Positions 49,111 through 61,666 of a stretch of 64,000 bases of DNA are shown here, in pieces (the stretch's first letter is position 1; each line of letters starts with the position of its first letter). The notes under the pieces were generated by a model that searched no databases, was not told the origin of the DNA, and saw only the letters and a program-made list of their open reading frames with translations. The translations under genes and the position numbers were made by a program. The DNA is from Candidatus Omnitrophota bacterium (GTDB lineage Bacteria > Omnitrophota > Omnitrophia > Omnitrophales > JACROU01), in assembly GCA_029261035.1 (NCBI GenBank), contig JAJDCD010000025.1, forward strand, positions 2,926 through 66,925. Direction: 5' to 3'.

Positions 49111-50868
49111 TTACGACAGGTATTCTTCTTCGAAGCCAGGAATTATTTTTTTAAACTCCGCTTTAGAAAACTGATTGATATCTTCTGCTGTGTGATAATT
49201 TAATAAAGCTTTTTCAGCAATACGTTCCACATCACTCATATTTACAGATCGAATAGCTTTTTTAACTTTAGGCAACAAAAACGGGCTCATACTTAACTCA
49301 TCCACTTTCATTCCAAGTAACAATAAAGAAGATATAGGATCCCCTCCCATTTCCCCACAAGCACCAACCCATATGTTGTTTTTATGCGCACTTTCGATAG
49401 TCTGTTGGATCAATTTTAATATAGCCGGATGCGTCGGTTGATAAAGATAAGCAATTTTTTCATTTACACGATCCACAGCTAAAGCATATTGAATTAAATC
49501 ATTTGTTCCTATTGAAAAGAAATCTACTTCCTTAGCTAGACTATCGCTAATCAAAGCCGCAGAAGGAATTTCAATCATAGCACCGACTTTAATATCTTCA
49601 TCAAACTCGATACCTTCTTTTAAAAGCTCTTCTTTACATTCTTGCAATAACTCATTAGCTCTTCTTAGCTCTTCTAAATTTGAAATCATAGGGTACATAA
49701 CTTTTAAATCACCAAAGTGGGAAGCTCTCAGAATAGCACGAAGTTGTTTTTTGAAAATATCTACGCGGGTTAAACAAAACCGAATAGCTCTCCAACCTAG
49801 AAAAGGGTTCATTTCATTTGATAGATCTAAAGACGATAAAAACTTATCCCCTCCCAAATCAAGCGTTCTAACAATAACTGATCTAGGACTCATTTGATCA
49901 ACAACCATCTTGTACGCCTGAAACTGTTCTTCTTCTTCAGGTAAATCAACTCTATTCATATAAAAATATTCGGTTCGATAAAGCCCTATAGCCTCAGCAC
50001 CATGAGAGATCACAGACGCAATCTCATCCGGAAACTCAATATTTGCTGCCAGCTCAACTCGATGCCCATCTTTAGTCTCAGCCTTTAAATGTCTTAACTT
50101 TTCAAGTTCTAAAATATAAGCAACAAACTTTTTCCCTTCGGACAAATACTTTTCAATCGTTGTCTGATCTGGATTAATAATAAGGAGCCCATGAGTTCCA
50201 TCAATAATAAGCTTATCGCCACTCTTAACTTCTTTACTAATATTTTGCAATCCAACAACGGCAGGAATTTCCATTGAACGTGCCATAATAGCCGTATGAG
50301 AGGTAGGGCCTCCGATATCTGTTGCGAAACCAATAACATTTTTACGATCCATCGTAGCCGTATCTGATGGGGATAAGTCATGAGACACAACAACTACCTG
50401 CTCACTTAAATTAGAAAGGGTTTCTCTTTGACGACTGGTTAAATGGTGAAGAACTCTCCGACCAATATCATGAATATCTGAAACGCGTTCTCTTAAATAC
50501 TCGTCATCAATCTGTTGAAATGCATGTAAGTAACGCTGAAGAACAACACTGAAGGCATAATCCGTTGCCACTTTCTCCGCTTTTATCTGCGCAATAACAT
50601 CTTCGATGAGAGTTCGATCTTCCAAAATAAGTAAATGGGCATTAAAAATATCAGAATGCTCTCTTCCCATCTCAGAAGAAATCTTTTTTCTAATCCCTAA
50701 TAACTCTGCTCTAGTTTTAGTTAAAGCATCTTCAAAGCGAGCAATCTCATTAGGAATATAAGACTCTTCAATCTCAGTTCTTGGCACATCAATTTCGTCT
50801 GCATGGAGTAGTTTAACTTTACCTATAACAACTCCAGGAGAAACTCCTATACCTTTAAGTGTTTTCAT
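49111..50868 (-). CDS. ptsI: Phosphoenolpyruvate-protein phosphotransferase (PTS enzyme I)
   Basis: 585 aa. Phospho-His region GGPTSHTAIMARSMEIPAVVG, and a PEP-utilising TIM barrel. Confidence 0.9.
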   Translation of the reverse strand: MKTLKGIGVSPGVVIGKVKLLHADEIDVPRTEIEESYIPNEIARFEDALTKTRAELLGIRKKISSEMGREHSDIFNAHLLILEDRTLIEDVIAQIKAEKVATDYAFSVVLQRYLHAFQQIDDEYLRERVSDIHDIGRRVLHHLTSRQRETLSNLSEQVVVVSHDLSPSDTATMDRKNVIGFATDIGGPTSHTAIMARSMEIPAVVGLQNISKEVKSGDKLIIDGTHGLLIINPDQTTIEKYLSEGKKFVAYILELEKLRHLKAETKDGHRVELAANIEFPDEIASVISHGAEAIGLYRTEYFYMNRVDLPEEEEQFQAYKMVVDQMSPRSVIVRTLDLGGDKFLSSLDLSNEMNPFLGWRAIRFCLTRVDIFKKQLRAILRASHFGDLKVMYPMISNLEELRRANELLQECKEELLKEGIEFDEDIKVGAMIEIPSAALISDSLAKEVDFFSIGTNDLIQYALAVDRVNEKIAYLYQPTHPAILKLIQQTIESAHKNNIWVGACGEMGGDPISSLLLLGMKVDELSMSPFLLPKVKKAIRSVNMSDVERIAEKALLNYHTAEDINQFSKAEFKKIIPGFEEEYLS

Positions 50869-50870
50869 TT

Positions 50871-51170
50871 TTACTCTCCAAAATTATCCAAAACTAATTT
50901 TTCAATCTCATTCAAAGCATTATCTGCATCTGAACCACACGCTTCTATAGTCAGATTCGTTCCAGGGCCAGCCGCTAGCATCATTAAACCCATGATGGAC
51001 TTTCCATTCACCTTTTGCTTACCCTTTTTAACAGTAATCTCACTTTCAAACTTACTTGTTAATTGCACAAATAAGGCAGCTGGTCGAGCATGCAAACCAA
51101 GCTCATTCTTAATTAAAACTTTTTTATGTTTTGTCTCTTTATTATGAGACTCTTGCGACTTGTTTATCAT
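50871..51170 (-). CDS. ptsH: Phosphocarrier protein HPr
   Basis: GLHARPAALFVQ has the active His15. A Ser46-region GKS is present, consistent with the hprK partner. The N-terminus is possibly over-extended (99 aa). Confidence 0.8.
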   Translation of the reverse strand: MINKSQESHNKETKHKKVLIKNELGLHARPAALFVQLTSKFESEITVKKGKQKVNGKSIMGLMMLAAGPGTNLTIEACGSDADNALNEIEKLVLDNFGE

Positions 51171-52419
51171 TTTGATTTCTTATCTCCTCAAACCGTTCAA
51201 AAATCACTTGGCATAATTTTTCTGAATGATGCCTAACTTGGCCATCTACTTGTATTACTTCACCCGTTAAAACTTCATAACCTTCTTCAATCACTCTTTC
51301 AATATCTAAATCTACAGGTGAAGCCCCTTGTTTTTCATAGTGCTTTACTAAATCACTTGGCACTTCTCTCGTATTAACCACACAACTGTCTATCAAGTCT
51401 TTTGAAGTATGTTCAACGATAACACGTACATGATCATAAAGCGAAAACCTCTCTGTCTCACCAGGTTGAGTCATCACATTAGCAATATAAACCTTATAAG
51501 CGTCGGACTCCAAAATTTTCTGCTGAATGTCTTCAACTAACAAGTTAGGCAATACACTTGTGTACAAACTACCAGGCCCATAAATAATAATATCCGCATT
51601 CTCAATTGCATCCAAAGCTTCAGGGCTTGCTTTCACATCCGAAGGTTTAAGTTTAAGCTCTCTAATTTTTTTGCATTCATCCGTAATATTTGTCTCACCT
51701 TCAGAAATAGTTCCATCTTCAAATTCAGCAACAAGAGTAACTTTATCCAAACAGGTAGGGATCACTCTCCCTCGAATAGCTAACACTTTACTGGACTCTT
51801 TGATTGCTTGATCAAAATCACCAGTTACTTTTGATAAAGCTGTAATAAATAAGTTACCAAAACTATGTCCCTTAAGACCATCCCCTTGTTCAAATCGATA
51901 TTGAAACAACTTTCCCATCAAAGGTTCCTGGTCAGCCAAAGCAACCAAACAACTCCTAATATCCCCAGGAGGCAACATATCTAATTCATCCCTTAAACGC
52001 CCCGAGCTTCCCCCTGTATCTGTCACCGTAACAACGGCTGTAATATTAGTCGTAAATTTTTTAACTCCTTGTAAAAGAACACTCAACCCTGTGCCGCCCC
52101 CCATCACAACCACTCTTGGAGCTCTTTCCAAAACACGTTCATTTCTATTTTGGTAAACAATATCTACGAGTTCTTCATTTTTAGCTCTTGGCATCAAAGC
52201 ACGTACAAAGGTGCGAAGCATATTTTTTACAGCCACAATAACTAGAAATACCCCTATAATCAAAACGGCCGTAGCAAATGACGCTAACAACAAATTAGAA
52301 TGAGCAATATTCTTAACAGCTCCTAATGCTACCAATACAAGAAGAGATAACCCAAGAGAGCACAAAAAAACCCATCGTTTCACGCCCATCCCCGGATACA
52401 ACCACTTAAAAAAATTCAA
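51142..52419 (-). CDS. yvcK: YvcK/UPF0052 (CofD-like, gluconeogenesis factor family) protein with an N-terminal 2-TM membrane anchor
   Basis: 425 aa. About 75 N-terminal residues are hydrophobic helices, then VVVMGGGTGLSVLLQGVK (the YvcK family G-rich motif). Confidence 0.8.
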   Translation of the reverse strand: MNFFKWLYPGMGVKRWVFLCSLGLSLLVLVALGAVKNIAHSNLLLASFATAVLIIGVFLVIVAVKNMLRTFVRALMPRAKNEELVDIVYQNRNERVLERAPRVVVMGGGTGLSVLLQGVKKFTTNITAVVTVTDTGGSSGRLRDELDMLPPGDIRSCLVALADQEPLMGKLFQYRFEQGDGLKGHSFGNLFITALSKVTGDFDQAIKESSKVLAIRGRVIPTCLDKVTLVAEFEDGTISEGETNITDECKKIRELKLKPSDVKASPEALDAIENADIIIYGPGSLYTSVLPNLLVEDIQQKILESDAYKVYIANVMTQPGETERFSLYDHVRVIVEHTSKDLIDSCVVNTREVPSDLVKHYEKQGASPVDLDIERVIEEGYEVLTGEVIQVDGQVRHHSEKLCQVIFERFEEIRNQNDKQVARVS

Positions 52420-52440
52420 ATTTTCTCTCCTTTAAATTTA

Positions 52441-53391
52441 CTAATCACTACCATCTGCCTCTGCCATTTTTTGAATTAACTCTTCGTTAAAACGTTTAGC
52501 AGAATGAATTCCCATTCTTTTAAGCCTTTGGTTCAACGCCGCAACCTCAACTAAAACAGGGATATTCCTACCAGGAATTACAGGAATTACCATATGAGGC
52601 AATGAGACGCCTAAACAATCATACTTACCTTCCTCTAATCCCACACGATCATATTCAATATTTTTATCCCATTGTTCCAAAGTCACAGCCAACAAAATTC
52701 TCTTTTGGTTTCTGACCGACCCAACACCAAACAAAGTCATCATGTCTATAATTCCCAGACCTCTAATTTCCATATGATGTCGAATAACTTTACTAGAAAA
52801 ACCAATCAAAACTTCTCCAGGAGTCAGCTTTATTTCCACACTGTCATCAGCCACTAAACGCTGCCCTCTTTCGACTAACTCCAAAGCCGTTTCAGACTTA
52901 CCCACTCCACTTTTTCCCAAAAGCAAAGTTCCTACACCGTACACGTCTAAAAGAGTCCCATGCACCACTCTTCTTGGAGCTAATTCCTCATCAATATACT
53001 GAGTTATTTTACTGATCAGAGTCGTAGTCTTCAGTGGAGACCTAAAAACAGGAACTTTATATCTAAGTGCATATTCTAAAAAAACTGGAGACAAAGTTTG
53101 GTTCTTTGCACAAACAATACACGGCATTTTGTAACCAAAAAACCGCTTTAAAATCTCTTCAAATTTACCAGATTTTTGCTTATTAATATAACTCACTTCC
53201 GTTCTTCCTAAAATTTGAACACGGTCGTAAGAAAAGTAATCTAAATAACCCGCTAACGCTAATCCTGGACGATGAATTTCTGAGGATTTAATTTTGCGAC
53301 TGAGAGAAAGCGCAGGGGTACTTAATTTAAGTTTAAGAGCATCTTTAAGATTGTCAAATAGGTCTTTGACAAGACATGATGGAGTAGACAT
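52441..53391 (-). CDS. hprK: HPr kinase/phosphorylase
   Basis: 316 aa. Walker A GKSGVGKSETALELVERG. The HprK signature region is present (...GLGIIDMMTLFG). Confidence 0.85.
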   Translation of the reverse strand: MSTPSCLVKDLFDNLKDALKLKLSTPALSLSRKIKSSEIHRPGLALAGYLDYFSYDRVQILGRTEVSYINKQKSGKFEEILKRFFGYKMPCIVCAKNQTLSPVFLEYALRYKVPVFRSPLKTTTLISKITQYIDEELAPRRVVHGTLLDVYGVGTLLLGKSGVGKSETALELVERGQRLVADDSVEIKLTPGEVLIGFSSKVIRHHMEIRGLGIIDMMTLFGVGSVRNQKRILLAVTLEQWDKNIEYDRVGLEEGKYDCLGVSLPHMVIPVIPGRNIPVLVEVAALNQRLKRMGIHSAKRFNEELIQKMAEADGSD

Positions 53392-53408
53392 AACGGGTGA
53401 TTAAGGAA

Positions 53409-53873
53409 TTAGACTTTCCTTTCCTCTTCCTTCACAACGAGATCATAAACAGCAGTCTCTGAGTCTGATTTTCGAATCAAATCGCAAAAATAGTTATCTC
53501 TTAGTAAACGAGATACCTTAGCCAACGCTTTTAAATGAGGGCCCGCTGAATTCTTTGGGGCAATCAACAAGAAAAAGATATAGACCAGTTCACCATCTAA
53601 TGAATCAAAATTTACACCATTTCTACTAATTCCCAAGCAGGCAGATAACTCTTTAACTTTATCTGTTTTACCATGAGGGATTGCAATACCCTGACCGATT
53701 CCTGTGGAACCCAAATTCTCTCTTTCAATTAAAGATTTAACGATAGCTTTTTTATCACCAACATCTTTAACTTTAGATAAATGAGCCACTAATTCTTGCA
53801 AAACACCTTCTTTATCTGTTGACTGTACATCTATTGCAATTGCTTTAGGATCTAAAATATCTGTAATCTTCAT
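53409..53873 (-). CDS. ptsN: PTS EIIA-Ntr-type protein (PtsN-like)
   Basis: 154 aa. Active-site region GIGQGIAIPHGKT, typical of the EIIA-2 (Ntr/fructose) family. Confidence 0.75.
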   Translation of the reverse strand: MKITDILDPKAIAIDVQSTDKEGVLQELVAHLSKVKDVGDKKAIVKSLIERENLGSTGIGQGIAIPHGKTDKVKELSACLGISRNGVNFDSLDGELVYIFFLLIAPKNSAGPHLKALAKVSRLLRDNYFCDLIRKSDSETAVYDLVVKEEERKV

Positions 53874-53974
53874 GTGGACTCACTTACCCCTTTCAAGCCG
53901 TTTAATATTTTTAATATTTAGAACATTATATCTACTTCAACCACTAAAAACAGGTTTTTTAATCAGAAATACAC

Positions 53975-54505
53975 TTACGCTTCTGGTTCAATCAAACCAA
54001 AATCACCATTTTCTTTCTTAAACAACACATTAATCCATTCTGTTTCTGCATTCTGAAATACCCAAAGATCTTTATTAGACAGATCAAACTGCATTTTCGC
54101 TTCTTCTAGACTCATAGGCTTAGTCTCATAAGTTTCACGAATCAACTTAGGAGATTCCTCCACATCACCCACTAGAGTATTTTCCTCAACAACATCTGCC
54201 GCTCGAGGAGCTTTATGCTCCGTAATACGCTCTCGTTTTTTCTTTAATTGCGTTTCGATACGATCACAAGCACGGTCTAATGCAACATACAAATTCTCTT
54301 CACTAGATCCCTCAGCGTATAGATGAATATTCTGTCCATTTACAGAAACTTCAGCTGTGCTTAAATACTTTTCAACTTTCAAAACAATATGAGATTCGTC
54401 CACTGCAGAAAAGAAATGCTGCATCTTCAAAATCCTTTCTTCAATATATTCTTTTAAACCCGATTGGACTTCCAAATGTTGTTTTCCGGTAATTGATATT
54501 TGCAT
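53975..54505 (-). CDS. hpf: Ribosome hibernation promoting factor (long HPF)
   Basis: The likely start MQISITGKQ at 54505 is preceded by ggagg. It has the S30AE N-domain plus a C-terminal dimerisation domain. The track ORF begins 5 codons earlier. Confidence 0.85.
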   Translation of the reverse strand: MQISITGKQHLEVQSGLKEYIEERILKMQHFFSAVDESHIVLKVEKYLSTAEVSVNGQNIHLYAEGSSEENLYVALDRACDRIETQLKKKRERITEHKAPRAADVVEENTLVGDVEESPKLIRETYETKPMSLEEAKMQFDLSNKDLWVFQNAETEWINVLFKKENGDFGLIEPEA

Positions 54506-54576
54506 TATATGCCTCCACACTTATTAATACTTAAAACGTTTGTAAATTAAATCAGCTTTGTGTGCCCCATGTTATT

Positions 54577-54605
54577 GTGTGCCAGGTCTTTCAGACCCCG
54601 CACAC
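54577..54605. repeat. Intergenic palindromic repeat family 2, copy 2 (reverse orientation), with a partial duplicate tgtgtgcccc at 54559..54568
   Basis: gtgtgccaggtctttcagaccccgcacac, between the lptB stop and the hpf start. Confidence 0.6.
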
Positions 54606-54677
54606 TCGACACCTAACTTTGTGGTTCCATATAAGCCTATATGATTTGAATCTAACTCATTACTTTGAGATCAGAAG

Positions 54678-55403
54678 CTAGGCCAATTGAAACTTCTCTC
54701 CTAAATAGATCTCTTTAGCTCTTTTATCTGTAGCCAAGAAATCTGAACTCCCTGATGTTAAAATTTGACCATCTGCAATAATATAAGAACGATCTGTGAT
54801 TGCCAATGTCTCTCTTACATTATGATCCGTCAGCAATATGCTCAACCTTTGAGTCTTTAAACGTAATAAAATCTTTTGAACCTCAAATACAGCTATAGGA
54901 TCCACACCACTAAATGGCTCATCCAACAAAATCAATGAAGGGTTCGTTACTAATGCTCTGGTAATCTCCAACCGTCTTCTCTCTCCACCAGAAAGAGTGT
55001 ACGCTTTATTCTTAGCTAAATGTGTAATATCGAGTTCCTGAAGCAATTTCTTGAGGCGAACTTCCCTTTCCTTACGAGTAATATCTAAAGTTTCTAGAAT
55101 TGCCATAATATTATCTTCAACAGAGAGCTTACGAAAAATAGAAGGTTCTTGAGCTAGATACCCTATCCCTAAACGAGCCCTCTTATACATAGGTAAAGCT
55201 GTTATATTCTCTCCTCTAAAAAAAATATCCCCTGCTTCAGGCTTAATAACACCAGTAATCATATAAAATGAAGTTGTTTTCCCGGCACCGTTAGGCCCCA
55301 AAAGACCAACAATCTCACCTGGCTTAATGTTAATAGAAACCTTATTAACAACCGTTCTTCCTTTATACGACTTAACTAACTGCTTTGTCTCTAACAAAAA
55401 CAT
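54678..55403 (-). CDS. lptB: LPS export ABC transporter ATP-binding protein LptB
   Basis: 241 aa. Walker A GPNGAGKTT, signature LSGGERRR, Walker B ILLDEPF. Confidence 0.85.
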   Translation of the reverse strand: MFLLETKQLVKSYKGRTVVNKVSINIKPGEIVGLLGPNGAGKTTSFYMITGVIKPEAGDIFFRGENITALPMYKRARLGIGYLAQEPSIFRKLSVEDNIMAILETLDITRKEREVRLKKLLQELDITHLAKNKAYTLSGGERRRLEITRALVTNPSLILLDEPFSGVDPIAVFEVQKILLRLKTQRLSILLTDHNVRETLAITDRSYIIADGQILTSGSSDFLATDKRAKEIYLGEKFQLA

Positions 55404-55428
55404 ACAAACTCTTTTCTGTTGAAAATAA

Positions 55429-56340
55429 TTAAGATGTACTACCCGGAGACATCATTGTATCAAAGTCTTTCATGCCCTTAGAATCGCTTCCCATAAAATA
55501 AAGAGCTTCTGAATTCCCCCCTAAAATAATACGTCCTTCTTCTGCCATATACACAACATTGTCACTATATGTTTCATTGCCATTTTCATCAATAATAATT
55601 ACATTACCTTCAGCAACTATCTTAGCAACCCGTTTAGTCTGTTTGTTATAAAAAACTTCCATTTTATCTGCAATAAGCTTTCCTCTAGAGTCCACAGCAA
55701 CCACATTATCATAAAAACGCGCTATATTGTTATCATAATCAATATCCAAAGGACCCTCACATGTAATCTTTGTGGGTACGCTTTTTCCATCATCATCATT
55801 TTGAATCACAACCGTAACATTCTTTTTGAATTGCACATTTTTAATCTGAGAATCTCCGTAAACTCCATCACCCTTCACATTGATATTGTCTTTTTCAACA
55901 ACGGCTGTTGATTCACTCTCTATCAAACGTTCATTAGGAGTAATATCTAATGTATCTGTAATTAAACGAGCGCCATTTTCGGCTGTCGCAACAACATTGT
56001 TTTCTAAATAAACTTTTCCTGTACCTTTATCAAAAACCCCATCATCTGCTGTTAAAGTCACCGGCTGTTCATCCGCATAAGCTTTCGCAATAATGTTATT
56101 CAAAACAACTCTTCTAGAAAAAATATCTGCAGAATCACCATCAATTTCGAGCTCTTTGTTTCCATTAGTGGCGTATTTAGAAAAGCTAAAGGTATAAACT
56201 TTATGCCCTTCTTCTAACGCAACTTCTTCCTTAATTATTTCGGGAATAGGGTTATTTGAAGAAACATAAACCTTAAATACCACAGAACCAATATAAAAGA
56301 CACCCACAACCAAACTAAAAAATATAAACCGTTTTATCAT
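55429..56340 (-). CDS. LptC/LptA-family (OstA-like beta-jellyroll) periplasmic LPS transport protein with an N-terminal TM anchor
   Basis: 303 aa. N-terminal TM helix, then repetitive beta-rich OstA-like sequence. It lies between lpxL and lptB. Confidence 0.65.
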   Translation of the reverse strand: MIKRFIFFSLVVGVFYIGSVVFKVYVSSNNPIPEIIKEEVALEEGHKVYTFSFSKYATNGNKELEIDGDSADIFSRRVVLNNIIAKAYADEQPVTLTADDGVFDKGTGKVYLENNVVATAENGARLITDTLDITPNERLIESESTAVVEKDNINVKGDGVYGDSQIKNVQFKKNVTVVIQNDDDGKSVPTKITCEGPLDIDYDNNIARFYDNVVAVDSRGKLIADKMEVFYNKQTKRVAKIVAEGNVIIIDENGNETYSDNVVYMAEEGRIILGGNSEALYFMGSDSKGMKDFDTMMSPGSTS

Positions 56341-56369
56341 TAAAACAACTCCTTATATAAAATATTTCT

Positions 56370-56406
56370 CATTTCGAGACTACTATAAATGAGTCGTAGC
56401 AATCTC
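56370..56406. repeat. Intergenic repeat family 3, copy 2. It overlaps the last codons of lpxL
   Basis: catttcgagactactataaatgagtcgtagcaatctc. Confidence 0.55.
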
Positions 56407-57309
56407 TGAGGCCTCACTCTCAGGCCTGGTTTTCCATCTTCGATGCATCCATGCCCATTGTTCTGGGTACTTCAATACATATGCTGCAATTTGATCATTC
56501 CACAAACGAGTGATTCGATCTATTTCTTCTGTTCTATCCGCATCCTTATTCGGATAAATAGGCTCTTCTACTTTCAAACGATAATGCTTTCCATCTCTTA
56601 CCATAAAAGCAGGAACAATTGGAGCTCCTGTAGCCAAACTCAGTCTTGCCGGCGAATCTGGCGTATAAGCCAACTTTCCTAAAAACGGAACAAAAATACC
56701 TTCAATCGTATTTACATCTTGATCAGCAACAATTCCTAAAATCTGATTATTCTTCAACAGTCTCAACAAAGGTCTTGGAGAATCATCTCGATAAAAAGTT
56801 TTAACTCCTTTAGATAACCTTGTATTAACAATTAGACTATTATACGGTTCATAATAGATTCGACGGCCAACAACAGCACCTTCGTAACCTAAAATTGAAA
56901 AAGTTGCCGCAAGCATTTCCCAATTCCCAAAATGACCCGTAACAAGAATTGCGCCTTTTCCCTGATCTAATATCTTCTGAACACGATCTACTTCATCCGT
57001 CCAATAAACTAATTTTTTCCAGTTATCCTTACTAAACCTAGGATACAAAATCCAGTCAACAGCACTCAGGGCCATATTCACAAATACGCCTCTAGCTATT
57101 TTTTGGATTTCAACATCCGTCTTTTGGTCACCATAAACTTGCTTCAAATGAGCTTCTGTCTTTAATCTTTCTTTTTTAACTAAAAGACACGACAAAGAAC
57201 CCAAAACACTCCCAATGGCCAAAGCCCAAGTTCGAGGGAGCATCCTAAAAACAAATATCCATAGCCTCAACAATAGATATAAAGGGTAACGGTACGGCTT
57301 CTTCTTCAA
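56383..57309 (-). CDS. lpxL: Lipid A biosynthesis (Kdo2-lipid IVA) acyltransferase, LpxL/HtrB family
   Basis: 308 aa. N-terminal TM, HX4D-like region (VTGHFGNWEM), C-terminal ...YPEQWAWMHRRWK is typical of HtrB/MsbB. Confidence 0.8.
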   Translation of the reverse strand: MKKKPYRYPLYLLLRLWIFVFRMLPRTWALAIGSVLGSLSCLLVKKERLKTEAHLKQVYGDQKTDVEIQKIARGVFVNMALSAVDWILYPRFSKDNWKKLVYWTDEVDRVQKILDQGKGAILVTGHFGNWEMLAATFSILGYEGAVVGRRIYYEPYNSLIVNTRLSKGVKTFYRDDSPRPLLRLLKNNQILGIVADQDVNTIEGIFVPFLGKLAYTPDSPARLSLATGAPIVPAFMVRDGKHYRLKVEEPIYPNKDADRTEEIDRITRLWNDQIAAYVLKYPEQWAWMHRRWKTRPESEASEIATTHL

Positions 57310-57337
57310 TTCTCTGTTTACCTCTTCAAATTAAAAT

Positions 57338-58318
57338 CTAAACAAAACCTGCTTTCAATAAATCTTGAACATCCAATAAACCAACCACTTTTTCCGCCGC
57401 ATCAATAACAGGAAGTTCATCTATTTTTCGATCTCTTAAAATCTGTAACGCTTCAGCAGCTAAACCATCTTCAGAAATAGCTAAGGGCTGTTTTGTAGCA
57501 ACGTCTGCTATCCTCTTTCTCAAAATATCAGCACCCTCTTGCTCTAAGTGCCTTCTCAAATCTCCGTCAGTAAAAATCCCTAAAAGTTTTCCTTCTTTAT
57601 CACAAATAGCACAACTTCCTGCTCTAGATTGAGTAATAACCAATAAGGCTTCTTGAACTGTAATATCTTCTTGAACAACTGGGTTCTCTGCATTTTTACG
57701 CATAATATCTTTCACTTTAAGCAATTTACGCCCCAAACTTCCCCCTGGGTGTAAAGCCGCAAAATCTTCTGACTTAAACCCTTTGCTCTCATAAACGGTC
57801 ACAGCTAAAGCATCCCCCATCGCTAAGGCCGCTGTCGTTGACGCCGTAGGGGCTAATCCCAACGGACATGCTTCTTTATCGATTTCGATATTGAGAATCA
57901 CATCTGAATGTTCAGATAATGTAGATTCTAAATTACCCGTAAGAGCAATAATCTTTGCTCCAATTTTTTTCAAATGTGCCAACAAACCTGTAATTTCTTC
58001 GGTCTCACCACTATTGGATATAGCAATAACAATATCTTCTCGTGTCACCATCCCTAAATCACCATGAATAGCTTCTGCCGGATGAAGAAACAAACTAGGA
58101 GTCCCTGTTGAAGCAAAAGTTGCTGCCATTTTCCGAGCAATAAAACCAGGCTTTCCCATTCCTGTAATCACAACCCTTCCTTTACATTCAACAATTAATC
58201 GCACTGCAATTTCAAATTGCTCATCCATATGCTCAATCAACCGACTAATAGAAAGCGCCTCGATTTCCAAAACCTGTTTTCCACTCTCAATAACTTTTGA
58301 TTCTGTTTTTTGACTCAT
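57338..58318 (-). CDS. kdsD: Arabinose-5-phosphate isomerase KdsD (SIS plus tandem CBS)
   Basis: 326 aa. SIS domain (VVITGMGKPGFIARKMAATF), two CBS domains. Confidence 0.85.
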   Translation of the reverse strand: MSQKTESKVIESGKQVLEIEALSISRLIEHMDEQFEIAVRLIVECKGRVVITGMGKPGFIARKMAATFASTGTPSLFLHPAEAIHGDLGMVTREDIVIAISNSGETEEITGLLAHLKKIGAKIIALTGNLESTLSEHSDVILNIEIDKEACPLGLAPTASTTAALAMGDALAVTVYESKGFKSEDFAALHPGGSLGRKLLKVKDIMRKNAENPVVQEDITVQEALLVITQSRAGSCAICDKEGKLLGIFTDGDLRRHLEQEGADILRKRIADVATKQPLAISEDGLAAEALQILRDRKIDELPVIDAAEKVVGLLDVQDLLKAGFV

Positions 58319-58358
58319 TATATTTCCTTTACCTCTAACATTTAGCTGATAGCTATTT

Positions 58359-60924
<2,566 letters not shown>

Positions 60925-60931
60925 CTATCCT

Positions 60932-61666
60932 CTATCCTACTGTTGTACTTAAAATTTTCTCAACAATTTGCAAATCTTCTTCTGTATCTACTCCGATAGA
61001 ATCTTTTTCTGTTTCGATTACCTTAATAGAAATACCATTATCTAAAAAACGAAGTTGTTCTAATTTCTCGCTCTTTTCCAAGAAAGATTCTTTCAAACCA
61101 GCAAAACGGCTCATAAATTCAGCCCGGTATGCGTAAATACCTAAATGTTTCCAAAACACAACCTCAGCTCCCGCTTCTCTAAAATGCGGCAATGAAGAAC
61201 GCGAGAAACAAAGAGCTTTTCCAGCTTGATCAAAAACAACTTTAACAGCATTAGGATTTAAATACTCTTGCTCATCTGTTTTTTTTACTGCAAGTGTTGC
61301 TACTAAAAACTCAGGCTCATCTTTAAAATTCTGAACCAAGCTATCAATACTTTGAGGATCCATCAAAGGCTCATCCCCTTGTATATTGACATATATATCT
61401 GCTTTTATTTTCTGAGCTATTTCATGAATGCGCTCTGTTCCACTTTGATGATTCACAGAGGTTAATAAAGCTTCTCCTCCAAAACCTTCTACAACATCTA
61501 CAATCTCTTGATCGTCACAAGCTACGATAACATCACTCAAACAACTCGCTTTTTTTACATTTTCATACACATACTGAATTAAAGGCTTGCCACAAACTTT
61601 ACGTATAAGCTTTTTGGGCAATCGTGTTGAGTCCAATCGTGCAGGAATAACACCTAAAACATTCAT
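60932..61666 (-). CDS. kdsB: 3-deoxy-manno-octulosonate cytidylyltransferase (CMP-Kdo synthetase)
   Basis: 244 aa. VIPARLDSTRLPKK, VNIQGDEP. Confidence 0.9.
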   Translation of the reverse strand: MNVLGVIPARLDSTRLPKKLIRKVCGKPLIQYVYENVKKASCLSDVIVACDDQEIVDVVEGFGGEALLTSVNHQSGTERIHEIAQKIKADIYVNIQGDEPLMDPQSIDSLVQNFKDEPEFLVATLAVKKTDEQEYLNPNAVKVVFDQAGKALCFSRSSLPHFREAGAEVVFWKHLGIYAYRAEFMSRFAGLKESFLEKSEKLEQLRFLDNGISIKVIETEKDSIGVDTEEDLQIVEKILSTTVG

